Notes under the pieces: model-generated
Seen by the model: only the letters and a program-made list of their open reading frames with translations
Told to the model about the DNA's origin: nothing
Database searches by the model: none
Program-made: the position numbers and the translations under genes
DNA from: an uncultured bacterium
GTDB taxonomy: Bacteria; Omnitrophota; Gorgyraeia; Duberdicusellales; CBEUCJ01
Direction: 5' to 3'
Assembly (NCBI GenBank): GCA_965541615.1
Contig: CBEUCJ010000002.1
Location: 95,795-159,794 of the forward strand
DNA: 64,000 nt
Shown here: positions 30,546-40,796 of the stretch, piece after piece
Position numbering within the stretch: position 1 is the stretch's first letter
Layout: every line of letters starts with the position of its first letter

Positions 30546-32437
30546 CCTTTAAAACATTAAAAATTTATAAAAATCAAATCATCTCTCAAGAAATCTTGAT
30601 TAATGAATTAGAAAAGTTAGGTTACAAAAGGTGTCCTGAAATTTTGGAAGAAAAAGATTTTTCTGTGAAAGGTGAAATATTAGAAGTATGGCCAGTAACT
30701 TTTGAGTATCCTATAAGAATTGAATGGGAGTTCGATAAGATAAATAGAATTTTCAGTTTTGAAAAGACATCAGGTTTAAGTTTTTGGGAACATGAAGTGG
30801 TAATAATTTTGCCTGTGTTTAAAAGAAAGACTCAGAAAATCTTATTTACAGAAGAAACTCCTATTTCTAATTTTTTAGAATTAGAACCAGGTGATTTTTG
30901 TGTCCATGTAAAATATGGAATCGCAAAGTTTTTAGGAAGAAGAAATATTAAAAATAAAGAGTATTTTGAATTAGAGTTTGATAATAAAGATAAGTTATTC
31001 GTTCCATTAGAAGATGCTCATCTTATTCAAAAATATATCTCTTTTGGATTTAAAAAACCCAGATTATCTAAATTAGGTTCAAAGCAGTGGCTAAAAGTAA
31101 AAGAAAGAGTAAGAAAAGGAATCCATGAGTTTGCATTGGAATTACTTAGAATTCAAGCTTTAAGGAAGATAAGAGGAGGTTTTAAATTTTCTCCTGATAC
31201 TGACTGGCAAAAGATTTTTGAAGAAAGCTTTATGTATGAAGAGACTCCAGATCAAAAGAAAGCAATATTAGAAGCCAAAAAAGATATGGAATCTGAATTC
31301 TGTATGGATAGATTAGTTTGTGGAGATACAGGCTATGGAAAAACAGAAGTTGCTATGAGATGTGCTTTTAAAGCATGTATGGACTCAAAACAAGTAGCTT
31401 TTTTAGTTCCCACTACAATTTTAGCTTTACAACATTATAAAAATTTTTTAAAGAGAATCAGAGATTTTCCAATAAGAGTAGAGATGCTTTCTAGATTGGT
31501 TCCAGACTCCAAACAGAAAGAGATAATAAGAGATTTAAAAAAAGGAAAAGTAGATATAGTGATTGGTACACATAAGTTATTAAGTCCTGAAATAGAATTT
31601 AAGGATTTAGGATTGTTAATCGTAGATGAAGAACAAAGATTTGGTGTAGAGGCAAAAGAAAAGATTAAAAAATTAAAGACTTCAGTAGATGTATTGACTT
31701 TGACTGCTACTCCTATCCCTAGGACTTTATACATGGCTTTGACAGGTTTAAAAGATATCTCTCTGATTACTACTCCTCCTAAAGAAAGAATCTCTGTAAA
31801 AACATTTGTATGTGAGTTTGATAAAGAACTAATAAAGCAAGCTATATTAAGAGAGATAAAGAGAGGAGGACAGGTCTTCTTTGTACATAATAGGATTAAG
31901 GATATCTATGAAATAAAAAGAATGTTAAAGGCTCTTTTACCAGATGAAGTAAAAGTAGAAGTAGCTTATGGAAAGATGTTATCGAAAGAATTAGAGAAAG
32001 TAATAATAGATTTTATAGAACACAAGTTGCATGTTTTGGTATGTACTAATATAATCGAATCAGGCATAGACATCCCAAAAGCTAATACCTTAATTGTGAA
32101 TAATGCTCATTTATTTGGATTAGCAGATTTACATCAATTGAGAGGAAGGGTAGGTAGATTAAATATCCAAGCTTATGCTTACTTTTTGGTACCATCATTT
32201 AGCACTTTACCAAAAGATGCTCAAAAAAGATTGGAAGCTATACAAAAGTTCAGTGAATTGGGAGCAGGTTTTTACATAGCTATGCAAGATTTAGAGATAA
32301 GAGGAGCAGGTAACCTTTTAGGTCCTGAGCAGCACGGATTTGTATATAGTGTAGGTTTTGATATGTACTGCAGGCTTTTGAGAGAAGAGATAGAAAAGAT
32401 TAAAAAAGAGGAGATTTTAGAAAGATTAGAAGTATGA
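30542..32437 (+). CDS. mfd: Transcription-repair coupling factor, short form (D2-RID-translocase only)
   Basis: UvrB-interaction-like D2, CarD-like RID (VHVKYGIAKF), MDRLVCGDTGYGKT, DEEQRFG, TATPIPRTL, QLRGRVGR, DLEIRGAGNLLG; 631 aa. Confidence 0.93.
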   Translation: MTFKTLKIYKNQIISQEILINELEKLGYKRCPEILEEKDFSVKGEILEVWPVTFEYPIRIEWEFDKINRIFSFEKTSGLSFWEHEVVIILPVFKRKTQKILFTEETPISNFLELEPGDFCVHVKYGIAKFLGRRNIKNKEYFELEFDNKDKLFVPLEDAHLIQKYISFGFKKPRLSKLGSKQWLKVKERVRKGIHEFALELLRIQALRKIRGGFKFSPDTDWQKIFEESFMYEETPDQKKAILEAKKDMESEFCMDRLVCGDTGYGKTEVAMRCAFKACMDSKQVAFLVPTTILALQHYKNFLKRIRDFPIRVEMLSRLVPDSKQKEIIRDLKKGKVDIVIGTHKLLSPEIEFKDLGLLIVDEEQRFGVEAKEKIKKLKTSVDVLTLTATPIPRTLYMALTGLKDISLITTPPKERISVKTFVCEFDKELIKQAILREIKRGGQVFFVHNRIKDIYEIKRMLKALLPDEVKVEVAYGKMLSKELEKVIIDFIEHKLHVLVCTNIIESGIDIPKANTLIVNNAHLFGLADLHQLRGRVGRLNIQAYAYFLVPSFSTLPKDAQKRLEAIQKFSELGAGFYIAMQDLEIRGAGNLLGPEQHGFVYSVGFDMYCRLLREEIEKIKKEEILERLEV

Positions 32438-33264
32438 GAATTTTTATATTTTTCTTAATGATTTTTTTTAATCTTTATAGCTTTGCTCAAGAAAACAGGA
32501 TAATAGCTATTGTAGGTAAACAAGTAATAACCAAAAGAGATTTAGAAAATTATCTAAAGATAATTTCTCTAAGAAAAATGAAGGAATCTAATCATCTTGA
32601 CAGAAAGAAAGCTTTAGAAGAATTAATCGAAACCAAGTTACTTTTAGAGGAAGCCAAAAGGAGAAATTACAAAGTAAGAGATGAATGGATAGAAAAAGAG
32701 ATAAAAAAGATAAAGAATGAATTTAAAGATGAAAAAGCTTTTACAGAATTTCTTAAATTCCAAGGGATAAGTTTAGCTGAGCTAAAAGAAAATATAAAAA
32801 ATCAAATCTTAATTGAGATATTAATAGATGAAGAAATTAGAAGCAAAATAAAAGTTTATCCTTGGCAGATAACAGAATTCTATAAGAAAAATTTAAAAAA
32901 ATTTACTAAAAATAGAGTAAAAATGAGGGTTAAAAAACTCTCTTTAAAAGAGATTCAAGAAATATTCAATAAGGATTTAAATTTAAATGATTTTCAAGAC
33001 TTAGGCTGGCAAAGATTAGATTCTTTGGAGGAAAAGGTTAAAGAATTGGTCCTCTCTTCACCAGAAAAAAAATTTATTGGACCCTTTAAGCTAAATGGCG
33101 ATTTCTATGTTATCTATTTAGAAAAAAAAGAAATAAACTTAGTAGAGCCTTTAGAAAAAGTAAAAGAAAAAATTTACAAAGAATTATTGAAAGAACAATT
33201 TGAGAATAAACTCCAAGATTTTTTAAAAGAGTTAAGAAAGCGTATCTATGTCAAAATCTTTTAA
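32434..33264 (+). CDS. SurA/PrsA-like periplasmic chaperone with degenerate PPIase domain
   Basis: Signal peptide, NRIIAIVGKQVIT SurA-N start, LRKRIYVKI C-terminus; mfd-surA-pdxA-rsmA context. Confidence 0.8.
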   Translation: MRIFIFFLMIFFNLYSFAQENRIIAIVGKQVITKRDLENYLKIISLRKMKESNHLDRKKALEELIETKLLLEEAKRRNYKVRDEWIEKEIKKIKNEFKDEKAFTEFLKFQGISLAELKENIKNQILIEILIDEEIRSKIKVYPWQITEFYKKNLKKFTKNRVKMRVKKLSLKEIQEIFNKDLNLNDFQDLGWQRLDSLEEKVKELVLSSPEKKFIGPFKLNGDFYVIYLEKKEINLVEPLEKVKEKIYKELLKEQFENKLQDFLKELRKRIYVKIF

Positions 33265-34195
33265 ACTTTTGATTACCTTAGGGGATGCTGCAGGTATTGG
33301 ACCTGAAGTAGTATTTAAATCTATTTTAAATATAAAGGTACCTAAAAACTCCAAATTATATATTGTTGGAGAAGAAGTTTGTTTTAAAAGATATAAGTTA
33401 AATTTAAAGGAGATTTCTAAAAAAATAGAATTGATAAGAGTAAGAGTACTAAAAAATAAAAAATTTCCTATAGGAAGACTTAATCCTTTTACTTCAAAAG
33501 CAGGATTTTTATATTTAAAAGAAGCAGTCAGACTCTTAAAAAAAGGAGAATTTAAAGGGATAGTGACAGCTCCTTTAAATAAAGAAGGAATAAGCAGATT
33601 TTTGAAAATAGACTTTAAAGGACACACTGACTTTTTTGAAAAGGAATTTAAAAGAAAGACTGTTATGCTTTTTTCTTATAAAGATTTTAGAGTAAGCTTA
33701 CTTACAAGGCATATCCCTTTAAGAAAAGTCTTTCTGAAATTAACTCAAATTAATCTAAAAGAACATTTAGAAATATTGGTATCTTCTTTAAAAAAACTTT
33801 TTAAGATAAAAGATCCTAAGATTGGAGTATGTGGATTGAATCCTCATGCAGGAGAATCTGGTAAATTTGGAGATGAAGAAAGAATATTGGAAGATGTGAT
33901 AAAAAACTTTAAGAGAAAGGGTATAAAAATAACAGGTCCCTTTTCACCAGATACTATTTTTGTCCATTGGAAAAAATTTGATTGTATACTAAGTCTCTAT
34001 CATGATCAAGGATTGATCCCTTTCAAACTCCTTTTTTTTAATAAGGGCACAAACATTAGTTTAGGATTACCTTTTGTGAGAACTTCTCCTATCCATGGGA
34101 CAGCTTTTGATATAGCTGGAAAGAATAAAGCAGATTTTAATTCCATGAAGAATAGTATTTTAGAAGCTATAAAACTACTTAAAAATGCCTCTTAA
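33248..34195 (+). CDS. pdxA: 4-hydroxythreonine-4-phosphate dehydrogenase
   Basis: GDAAGIGPE, GHT, GLNPHAGE, YHDQGLIP, RTSPIHGTAFDIAG. Confidence 0.95.
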   Translation: MSKSFKLLITLGDAAGIGPEVVFKSILNIKVPKNSKLYIVGEEVCFKRYKLNLKEISKKIELIRVRVLKNKKFPIGRLNPFTSKAGFLYLKEAVRLLKKGEFKGIVTAPLNKEGISRFLKIDFKGHTDFFEKEFKRKTVMLFSYKDFRVSLLTRHIPLRKVFLKLTQINLKEHLEILVSSLKKLFKIKDPKIGVCGLNPHAGESGKFGDEERILEDVIKNFKRKGIKITGPFSPDTIFVHWKKFDCILSLYHDQGLIPFKLLFFNKGTNISLGLPFVRTSPIHGTAFDIAGKNKADFNSMKNSILEAIKLLKNAS

Positions 34196-34994
34196 ATTTA
34201 AGCCAAAGAAAGAATTAGGCCAAGTATTTTTAAAGAACGAAAAGATAAAAGAAAAAATGTTAAAAAGTATGAGTTTGAATAAAGAAGATGTAGTCTTAGA
34301 AATAGGTGCAGGAAAAGGAGAGTTAACTTGTGAAATAGCCAAATTAGCAAAATTTGTATATGCAGTAGAACTAGATCCTATTTTATGTAAGATGTTAGAA
34401 GAGGAGGTAAATTCTTTTCAAAATATAAAAATTTTGAATGAAGATATTTTAAATATAGATCTTGAAGATATTTATAAAGAATGCGGTTCTCAAATTCTTG
34501 TGGTAGGAAATATTCCTTTCAGCATAAGTACTCCTTTATTACTAAAATTAGTAGAAGAAAGAAGATTCATAAAAGAGAGTTATTTAACATTTCAAAAAGA
34601 AGTAGCTCTTAAATTAAAAGCAAGACATAACTCTAAAGAGTATGGTTTTTTGGCTTGTTATTTTAATGTATTCTGTGATATAGAGATTTTATTCTTTATA
34701 GGAAGAAGAAACTTTACCCCTCCCCCTAAGGTAGATTCTGCTTTTTTACATTTTAAATTTTATAAAGAACCTAAATTTTTTTTAAAAAGTGAAAAGATGT
34801 ATTTAAAGTTTCTAAGGATTTGTTTTAACCAAAGAAGGAAGAAGATAAAAAATGTATTAAAAAAGTTTATCTGTGAAAAAGAGTTGACAAGAATATTGAA
34901 AGAATTAAGTTTAAATGAAAATGTTCGTAGTGAACAGATTCCATTAGAAAAGTATCCTGAATTTTTTAATCTTTGCTTTGACTTTTTAAAATAA
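34185..34994 (+). CDS. rsmA: 16S rRNA dimethyladenosine transferase
   Basis: KKELGQVFL, LEIGAGKG, GNIPFSIST, FTPPPKVDS, QRRK. Confidence 0.95.
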   Translation: MPLKFKPKKELGQVFLKNEKIKEKMLKSMSLNKEDVVLEIGAGKGELTCEIAKLAKFVYAVELDPILCKMLEEEVNSFQNIKILNEDILNIDLEDIYKECGSQILVVGNIPFSISTPLLLKLVEERRFIKESYLTFQKEVALKLKARHNSKEYGFLACYFNVFCDIEILFFIGRRNFTPPPKVDSAFLHFKFYKEPKFFLKSEKMYLKFLRICFNQRRKKIKNVLKKFICEKELTRILKELSLNENVRSEQIPLEKYPEFFNLCFDFLK

Positions 34995-35006
34995 GATTGC
35001 TAAAAT
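34978..35006 (+). promoter_or_regulatory. Putative sigma70 promoter of gatCAB
   Basis: TTGACT-17 nt-TAAAAT with TGn; ATG only 9 nt after the -10. Confidence 0.55.
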
Positions 35007-35015
35007 TAAAAACTT

Positions 35016-35294
35016 ATGATCGAAAATATAGAATATATAGCAAAATTAGCAAAGATTAAGTTATCACCTGATTTAGTCAAAATTTTATCTCAAGATTTAA
35101 AGAGAATTTTAGAATACATAGCTATTCTTAATGAATTAGATACTACTCAAATTCCTCCTACTACACATGCAATAGAAAATAAAAATGTATTTAGAGATGA
35201 TAAAAGTGCTAGTTCCTTAGACAGAGAAGAGATTTTAAAGATAGCCCCTAACAGAAAAGATAATTTTTTTAAAGTCCCCAAGATAATAGAATGA
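35016..35294 (+). CDS. gatC: Asp/Glu-tRNA amidotransferase subunit C
   Basis: IAKLAKI, PPTTH, NVFRDD, FFKVPKII. Confidence 0.95.
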   Translation: MIENIEYIAKLAKIKLSPDLVKILSQDLKRILEYIAILNELDTTQIPPTTHAIENKNVFRDDKSASSLDREEILKIAPNRKDNFFKVPKIIE

Positions 35295-36727
35295 AAGAAA
35301 TTTTTTACTGCTCCATAAAAGAACTTAGAAAACTATTAGAGAGCAAAAAGATAACTCCAACTGAACTCATAGAGATTTTTAAAAATAGAATTGAAAATTT
35401 AGATTCCAAAATAAAAAGTTTTGTAAGAACAAATTTTGAAAGAGCTTTTAAAGAGGCTCAGACTAAAAAAGAAGGGAAATTAGCTTACATCCCATTTGCT
35501 GTAAAAGATAACATATGTATAAAAGGAGAAGAGATTACTTGTTGCTCAAAAATATTAAAAGGATTTATCTCTCCGTATGATGCTACTGTGATCGAGAGGT
35601 TAAAAAATGAAGGAGCAATCATAATAGGAATTACAAATATGGATGAATTCGCTTTTGGTTCTTCTACAGAGAATTCTTGTTATTTCCCTACCCACAATCC
35701 TTTTGATTTAGAAAGAGTGCCTGGTGGGTCTTCAGGTGGGTCAGCTGCTAGTGTTTCAGCAGGATTTGTTCCTTTTGCTTTAGGTTCTGATACTGGAGGT
35801 TCTATTAGACAACCTGCGAGTTTTTGTGGAGTAATAGGTTTTAAACCCACTTATGGAAGAGTTTCAAGATATGGACTAATAGCTTTTGGCTCTTCGTTAG
35901 ACCAGATAGGTCCTATAACAAGAACAGTCCAAGATTGTGCGTTGATTTTAAGTATAATCTCAGGTAAAGATAGCAAAGATTCTACCTCTGTAGAAATAGA
36001 AGTTCCTGATTTTGAAGAGGGTTTAGAAAAAGAGATAAAAGGATTAAAGATAGGTTTACCCAAAGAATATTTCGTTGCAGGCATTCAAGAAGAAGTAAAA
36101 GAAAAAGTTTTAGAAGGAGTAAAAATATTAGAAAAATTAGGAGTTTCAGTAAAAGAGATAAGTCTACCACATACAAAGTATGCAATTCCTGCTTATTATA
36201 TAGTAGCTCCTTCTGAAGCAAGTTCTAATCTTTCAAGATTCGATGGAGTTCAGTATGGATTGAGAAAAGAGAGTGCAGATTTAGCAGAGATGTATGAAGT
36301 TACGAGAGCAGATGGTTTTGGATTAGAAGCTAAAAGAAGGATTCTTTTGGGTACTTTTTGTTTGAGCAGTGGTTTTTATGAAGCTTATTATTTAAAAGGA
36401 TTAAAAACCAGGACTTTAATAAAAAGAGATTTTGAATCAGCTTTCAAAGAAGTTTCACTCATTGTTACTCCTACTTCTCCAACCCCTGCTTTTAAAATAG
36501 GTGAAAAAATAAAAGATCCTTTAAGTATGTATTTATCAGATGTATTCACTGTGCCTGTAAATTTAGCAGGTTTACCTGCGATTTCAGTGCCTTGTGGTTT
36601 ATCAAAAGAAAATCTACCTATTGGAATGCAAATAATAGGACCTGCTTTTAGAGAAGATTTGATTTTGAGATTAGCTTTTTGGTTTGAAAGAGAAACTGAA
36701 TTTTATAAAATAAGGCCAAGAATTTAA
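35291..36727 (+). CDS. gatA: Asp/Glu-tRNA amidotransferase subunit A
   Basis: NMDEFAFGSSTENS, PGGSSGGSAA, GSDTGGSIRQPA. Confidence 0.97.
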   Translation: MKEIFYCSIKELRKLLESKKITPTELIEIFKNRIENLDSKIKSFVRTNFERAFKEAQTKKEGKLAYIPFAVKDNICIKGEEITCCSKILKGFISPYDATVIERLKNEGAIIIGITNMDEFAFGSSTENSCYFPTHNPFDLERVPGGSSGGSAASVSAGFVPFALGSDTGGSIRQPASFCGVIGFKPTYGRVSRYGLIAFGSSLDQIGPITRTVQDCALILSIISGKDSKDSTSVEIEVPDFEEGLEKEIKGLKIGLPKEYFVAGIQEEVKEKVLEGVKILEKLGVSVKEISLPHTKYAIPAYYIVAPSEASSNLSRFDGVQYGLRKESADLAEMYEVTRADGFGLEAKRRILLGTFCLSSGFYEAYYLKGLKTRTLIKRDFESAFKEVSLIVTPTSPTPAFKIGEKIKDPLSMYLSDVFTVPVNLAGLPAISVPCGLSKENLPIGMQIIGPAFREDLILRLAFWFERETEFYKIRPRI

Positions 36728-36735
36728 AAGTTAAA

Positions 36736-38172
36736 ATGATAGACTTTGAACCTGTAATAGGATTAGAGATCCATGTGCAATTAAAGACAAAGACTAAGAT
36801 ATTTTGTTCTTGTTTAAATGAATTTACTTTAGAACCTAACAAAAATATTTGTCCTGTATGTTTGGGGTTACCAGGTGTTTTACCTGTTTTAAATAAAAAA
36901 GCTTTTAGATTAGCATTGAAAGCAGCTTTAGCTTTAAATTGTAAGATAAATAAAAATATTGTTTTTGATAGAAAAAATTATTTCTATCCGGATTTACCCA
37001 AAAACTATCAAATCTCTGAATATTTTTCTCCTTTAGGAGAGAATGGGTATTTAGAGATAATTTTAAAAGAAGATCAAATCAAAAAGATTAGAATAAAAAG
37101 AATCCATTTAGAAGAAGATGCTGGCAAATTAATCCACACAGAAAAATTTAGTCTTATAGATTACAATAGAGCAGGAGCTCCTTTAATAGAAATAGTTACT
37201 GAACCTGATATTTTTTCTCCTGATGAAGCTTTTAAATTCTTGCAACAATTAAAGTTACTCTTACAATACTTGGAAGTTTCAGATTGCGATATGGAAAAAG
37301 GATTTTTAAGATGTGATGCAAATATTTCTGTGAGAAAAAAGGGTGAAGCTAAATTAGGGGTAAAGACTGAAATTAAAAATATGAACTCTTTTAAAGCAGT
37401 CAAATCTGCTTTAGAGTATGAGTTCAAACGTCAAGTAGAATTACTAAAAGAAAACAAAGAGATTATTCAAGAGACAAGATTATGGGATGAAGCAAAACAA
37501 AAAACATTTTCAATGAGGAAAAAAGAAGAAGCTCATGACTATAGGTATTTTCCTGAACCAGATTTACCTGTCTTTACTCCCCAAGATGAAGAAATTGAAA
37601 GTATCAAATCTGAAATAAAAGAGTTACCTTTGCAAAAGTTGCTAAGATTTAAATCTACTTTTAATCTGACTCTTGGAGAAGCTGAATTTTTAATTCAGGA
37701 TAGAGAGATGGCTGAGTTTTTTGAAGAAACTGCAAAGAATACTTCTTTTGTAAAAGATTTATACAATTTATTAAAAGGACCTATTTCAGAGTATTTAAAT
37801 CAAAATAAGATTTCATTTAAACAGGTTAAGATTTCTTCTTCAAATATCCTAAAAATAATAGAATTAAAGAACAAAGGTAAGTTAAACAATATTCAGGTAA
37901 AAGAGGTGTTATTTGGTGTCTTAAAAGAGAATAAATCTCCTGAAGAGATAATGAGAGAGAAAGGTATAGAGCAAATTTCAGATGAAAGTAAACTCCTCCA
38001 GATAGTAGAAGATGTAATGAAGAGAAATCTACAAGCATGTATAGATTACAAAAAGGGTAAAAAGTCTGCCATAATGTTTTTAGTGGGACAAGTGATGAAA
38101 GAGACCAGAGGAAAAGCTAATCCTAATTTGGTGAGAGAAATTTTAGAAAGGAGGCTTAAAAATGAAGATTAA
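36736..38172 (+). CDS. gatB: Asp/Glu-tRNA amidotransferase subunit B
   Basis: IGLEIHVQL, DRKNYFYPDLPK, HLEEDAGK, DYRYFPEPDL. Confidence 0.97.
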   Translation: MIDFEPVIGLEIHVQLKTKTKIFCSCLNEFTLEPNKNICPVCLGLPGVLPVLNKKAFRLALKAALALNCKINKNIVFDRKNYFYPDLPKNYQISEYFSPLGENGYLEIILKEDQIKKIRIKRIHLEEDAGKLIHTEKFSLIDYNRAGAPLIEIVTEPDIFSPDEAFKFLQQLKLLLQYLEVSDCDMEKGFLRCDANISVRKKGEAKLGVKTEIKNMNSFKAVKSALEYEFKRQVELLKENKEIIQETRLWDEAKQKTFSMRKKEEAHDYRYFPEPDLPVFTPQDEEIESIKSEIKELPLQKLLRFKSTFNLTLGEAEFLIQDREMAEFFEETAKNTSFVKDLYNLLKGPISEYLNQNKISFKQVKISSSNILKIIELKNKGKLNNIQVKEVLFGVLKENKSPEEIMREKGIEQISDESKLLQIVEDVMKRNLQACIDYKKGKKSAIMFLVGQVMKETRGKANPNLVREILERRLKNED

Positions 38173-39394
38173 AAAGCCTTTAATTATATTTTTCACATTA
38201 TTAATCTTGGTAGCTTTATTAACAGCAGGATTAGCTTTAAATAGAAAGATAAAAAATGAATTTTATAAGTACACTGACTTATTTACCACTGCTTTAGTCT
38301 TAATACAAAAACAGTTCGTAAAAGAAGTCTCTCCCAAAGAGTTAATTTATGGAGCTTTGAAAGGGATGCTTTCACATTTGGACCCTTACTCTCAGTTTTT
38401 AAAACCAGATGAATATAAAGAACTTTTAACTGAAACAGAAGGTGAATTTGGAGGTTTGGGAATCGAAATAGGTATAAGAGATGGGTTATTGACTATCATT
38501 ACTCCTTTGGAAGGTACTCCTGCTTGGAGAGCAGGTTTAAAACCAGGTGATAGGATAGTCAAAATTAATGGAGAGTTAACAAAAGGCATTACTTTAGAGG
38601 AAGCAGTTAAAAAATTAAGAGGAAAACCTGGTACTAAAGTAAAGATAACGATATTAAGAGAAGAAGACAATTTAATTAAAGATGTTGAAATTGTAAGAGA
38701 GATAATTAAAATCCAGGATGTTAAGAATGTTAAGATTTTAGAGTCTGGAATTGGTTACATAAAGATATCTGAATTTAGAGAAAAGACTCCTCAACAGTTA
38801 GACAGAGCTTTGAGTAAATTAAAGAAAAAAGGGATTAAAGGTTTAATTTTAGATTTAAGAAATAATCCTGGAGGACTTTTAAGTTCTGCTGTTAAAGTAG
38901 CAGAAAGATTCTTAGAAAAAGGAAAAGTTATAGTTACCGTTAAAGAAAGAAAGACTAGTAAAACTTACTCTTACAAAGCAAATTACAAAAATCCTTTGTT
39001 GAATATTCCTATGGTTGTGTTAGTTAACAAAGGATCAGCTTCTGGAAGTGAAATCGTAGCTGCAGCTTTAAAAGACAATAAAAGAGCTATAATTTTGGGA
39101 GAAAAAACATTTGGAAAAGGATGTGTACAAAGCGTTATTCCTTTAGAAGATGGTTCAGCTATAAGGTTAACTACAGCTTACTATTACTCTCCTAAAGGGA
39201 AAGTTATTCAAGATGAAGGAGTGCTTCCTGATATAAAAGTAGAATACAAAAAAATTGAAGAAAAAAAAGAAAAGGCTGAAGAAGTATTTGAAAAAGTAGA
39301 GAATAAGAAAGATATAGTAAAAGAAAAGCTACTCACAGATTATCAAGTAATCAGAGCTCTTGATTTGTTAAAAGGAATCTTAATCTATCAATAA
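38162..39394 (+). CDS. ctpA: Carboxyl-terminal processing protease (S41)
   Basis: LDPYS, GEFGGLG PDZ, DLRNNPGG, SASGSEI, TFGKG. Confidence 0.93.
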   Translation: MKIKKPLIIFFTLLILVALLTAGLALNRKIKNEFYKYTDLFTTALVLIQKQFVKEVSPKELIYGALKGMLSHLDPYSQFLKPDEYKELLTETEGEFGGLGIEIGIRDGLLTIITPLEGTPAWRAGLKPGDRIVKINGELTKGITLEEAVKKLRGKPGTKVKITILREEDNLIKDVEIVREIIKIQDVKNVKILESGIGYIKISEFREKTPQQLDRALSKLKKKGIKGLILDLRNNPGGLLSSAVKVAERFLEKGKVIVTVKERKTSKTYSYKANYKNPLLNIPMVVLVNKGSASGSEIVAAALKDNKRAIILGEKTFGKGCVQSVIPLEDGSAIRLTTAYYYSPKGKVIQDEGVLPDIKVEYKKIEEKKEKAEEVFEKVENKKDIVKEKLLTDYQVIRALDLLKGILIYQ

Positions 39395-39396
39395 AA

Positions 39397-40356
39397 ATGA
39401 TCTCTTTAGGGATAGAGACTTCTTGTGATGATACTTCTGTTGGTATAGTAAAAGAAGGTACCAAAGTATTAGCCTGCGTAACTCAGTCTTCTGAGAAATT
39501 TCACAAAAAATTTGGAGGAATAGTTCCTGAAATAGCTCACCGAAAACATTTAGAATTTATAGATAAAGTGCTAATAAAAGCTTTAGAAGAAGCAAAACTC
39601 AGTCTAAAACAAATAGATTTGATATGTGTAACATCTGAACCAGGGTTAGTAGGTTCTTTATTGATAGGGATAAATTTTGCTAAAGCTTTGAGTTTCTCTT
39701 TAAAAAAACCTCTAATTCTTGTAAACCATCTCCATGCACATCTTTATCCTGTATTTTTCAGAAAAATAAAACCTACATTTCCTTTTATAGGATTGGTAGC
39801 TTCAGGAGGCCACACTAATTTATTTCTTGTAGAAAATTTTGATAAAATTTATAATATTGGTAAAACTAGAGATGATGCTGTTGGAGAAGCTTTTGATAAG
39901 GTAGCTAAAATTTTAGGTTTAGGGTTTCCAGGAGGTCCTCTTATAGATAAGTTTTCAAAGAATGTTAAAAAGACTCCATTTAAATTTCCATATGCTAAGT
40001 TAGAAGATTCTTTGGATTTTAGTTTTAGCGGAATAAAGACAGCAGTTTTTTATAAAATAAAAGAATTGAAAAATCTAACTACGCAAGTGAAGAGATTGAT
40101 AGCTGCAGGTTTCCAAAAATCTGTAATAGAAAATTTAGTCTATAAATGTAAGTTAGCTTTAAAGAGATACAATATAAAGACTTTAGTAGTAGGTGGAGGG
40201 GTAGCAGCTAACTCCTTATTAAGAAAAGAACTGAATCTATTAAAAAAAGATAATATTAAAGTGCATTTAGCTCCATTAAAATACTGCACAGACAATGGAG
40301 CTAATACTGCAGGTTTAGGATACAAAATTTTTTCTCTAAAATGTTTAGCATATTAG
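39397..40356 (+). CDS. tsaD: tRNA N6-threonylcarbamoyltransferase
   Basis: LGIETSCDDT, GGIVPE, HLHAH, SGGHT, DDAVGEAFDK, FSFSG, CTDNG. Confidence 0.96.
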   Translation: MISLGIETSCDDTSVGIVKEGTKVLACVTQSSEKFHKKFGGIVPEIAHRKHLEFIDKVLIKALEEAKLSLKQIDLICVTSEPGLVGSLLIGINFAKALSFSLKKPLILVNHLHAHLYPVFFRKIKPTFPFIGLVASGGHTNLFLVENFDKIYNIGKTRDDAVGEAFDKVAKILGLGFPGGPLIDKFSKNVKKTPFKFPYAKLEDSLDFSFSGIKTAVFYKIKELKNLTTQVKRLIAAGFQKSVIENLVYKCKLALKRYNIKTLVVGGGVAANSLLRKELNLLKKDNIKVHLAPLKYCTDNGANTAGLGYKIFSLKCLAY

Positions 40357-40796
40357 AGATAACAAAAAGGTTAATGAGTGCTCTTATTTTTGGAGGAATT
40401 ATAGGTATAGAAAGAGAAAGAAGAGGAAGAGCAGCTGGTTTAAGGACTCATATATTGGTAAGTTTAGGTTCAGCTCTTATAATGTTAGTCTCCATTTACA
40501 TGTTTGAAATCTATGGAGAAAAAGGAGCAGTAGATCCTTCCAGAATAGCAGCAGGAGTGATTACTGGTATTGGTTTCTTAGGAGCAGGAACTATTATAAG
40601 GTCTGGTGATGGGATAATAGGACTTACTACTGCTGCTACTATTTGGGTTTCAGCTGGTATAGGTTTAGCTTGTGGATGTGGTTTTATAGAGGGAGCTTTT
40701 TTGGCTACTATCCTTTGTTTGATAGTATTATGTCTATTAAGGAAATTTGAAGGAGTTTTGAAAAAGGAAGATAAACAGGAGGTGAAATATGGCTAA
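40341..40796 (+). CDS. MgtC/SapB family membrane protein (no C-terminal ACT domain)
   Basis: IGIERE..AAGLRTH, DPSRIAA..ITGIGFLGAG, GLTTAATIW. Confidence 0.92.
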   Translation: MFSILEITKRLMSALIFGGIIGIERERRGRAAGLRTHILVSLGSALIMLVSIYMFEIYGEKGAVDPSRIAAGVITGIGFLGAGTIIRSGDGIIGLTTAATIWVSAGIGLACGCGFIEGAFLATILCLIVLCLLRKFEGVLKKEDKQEVKYG

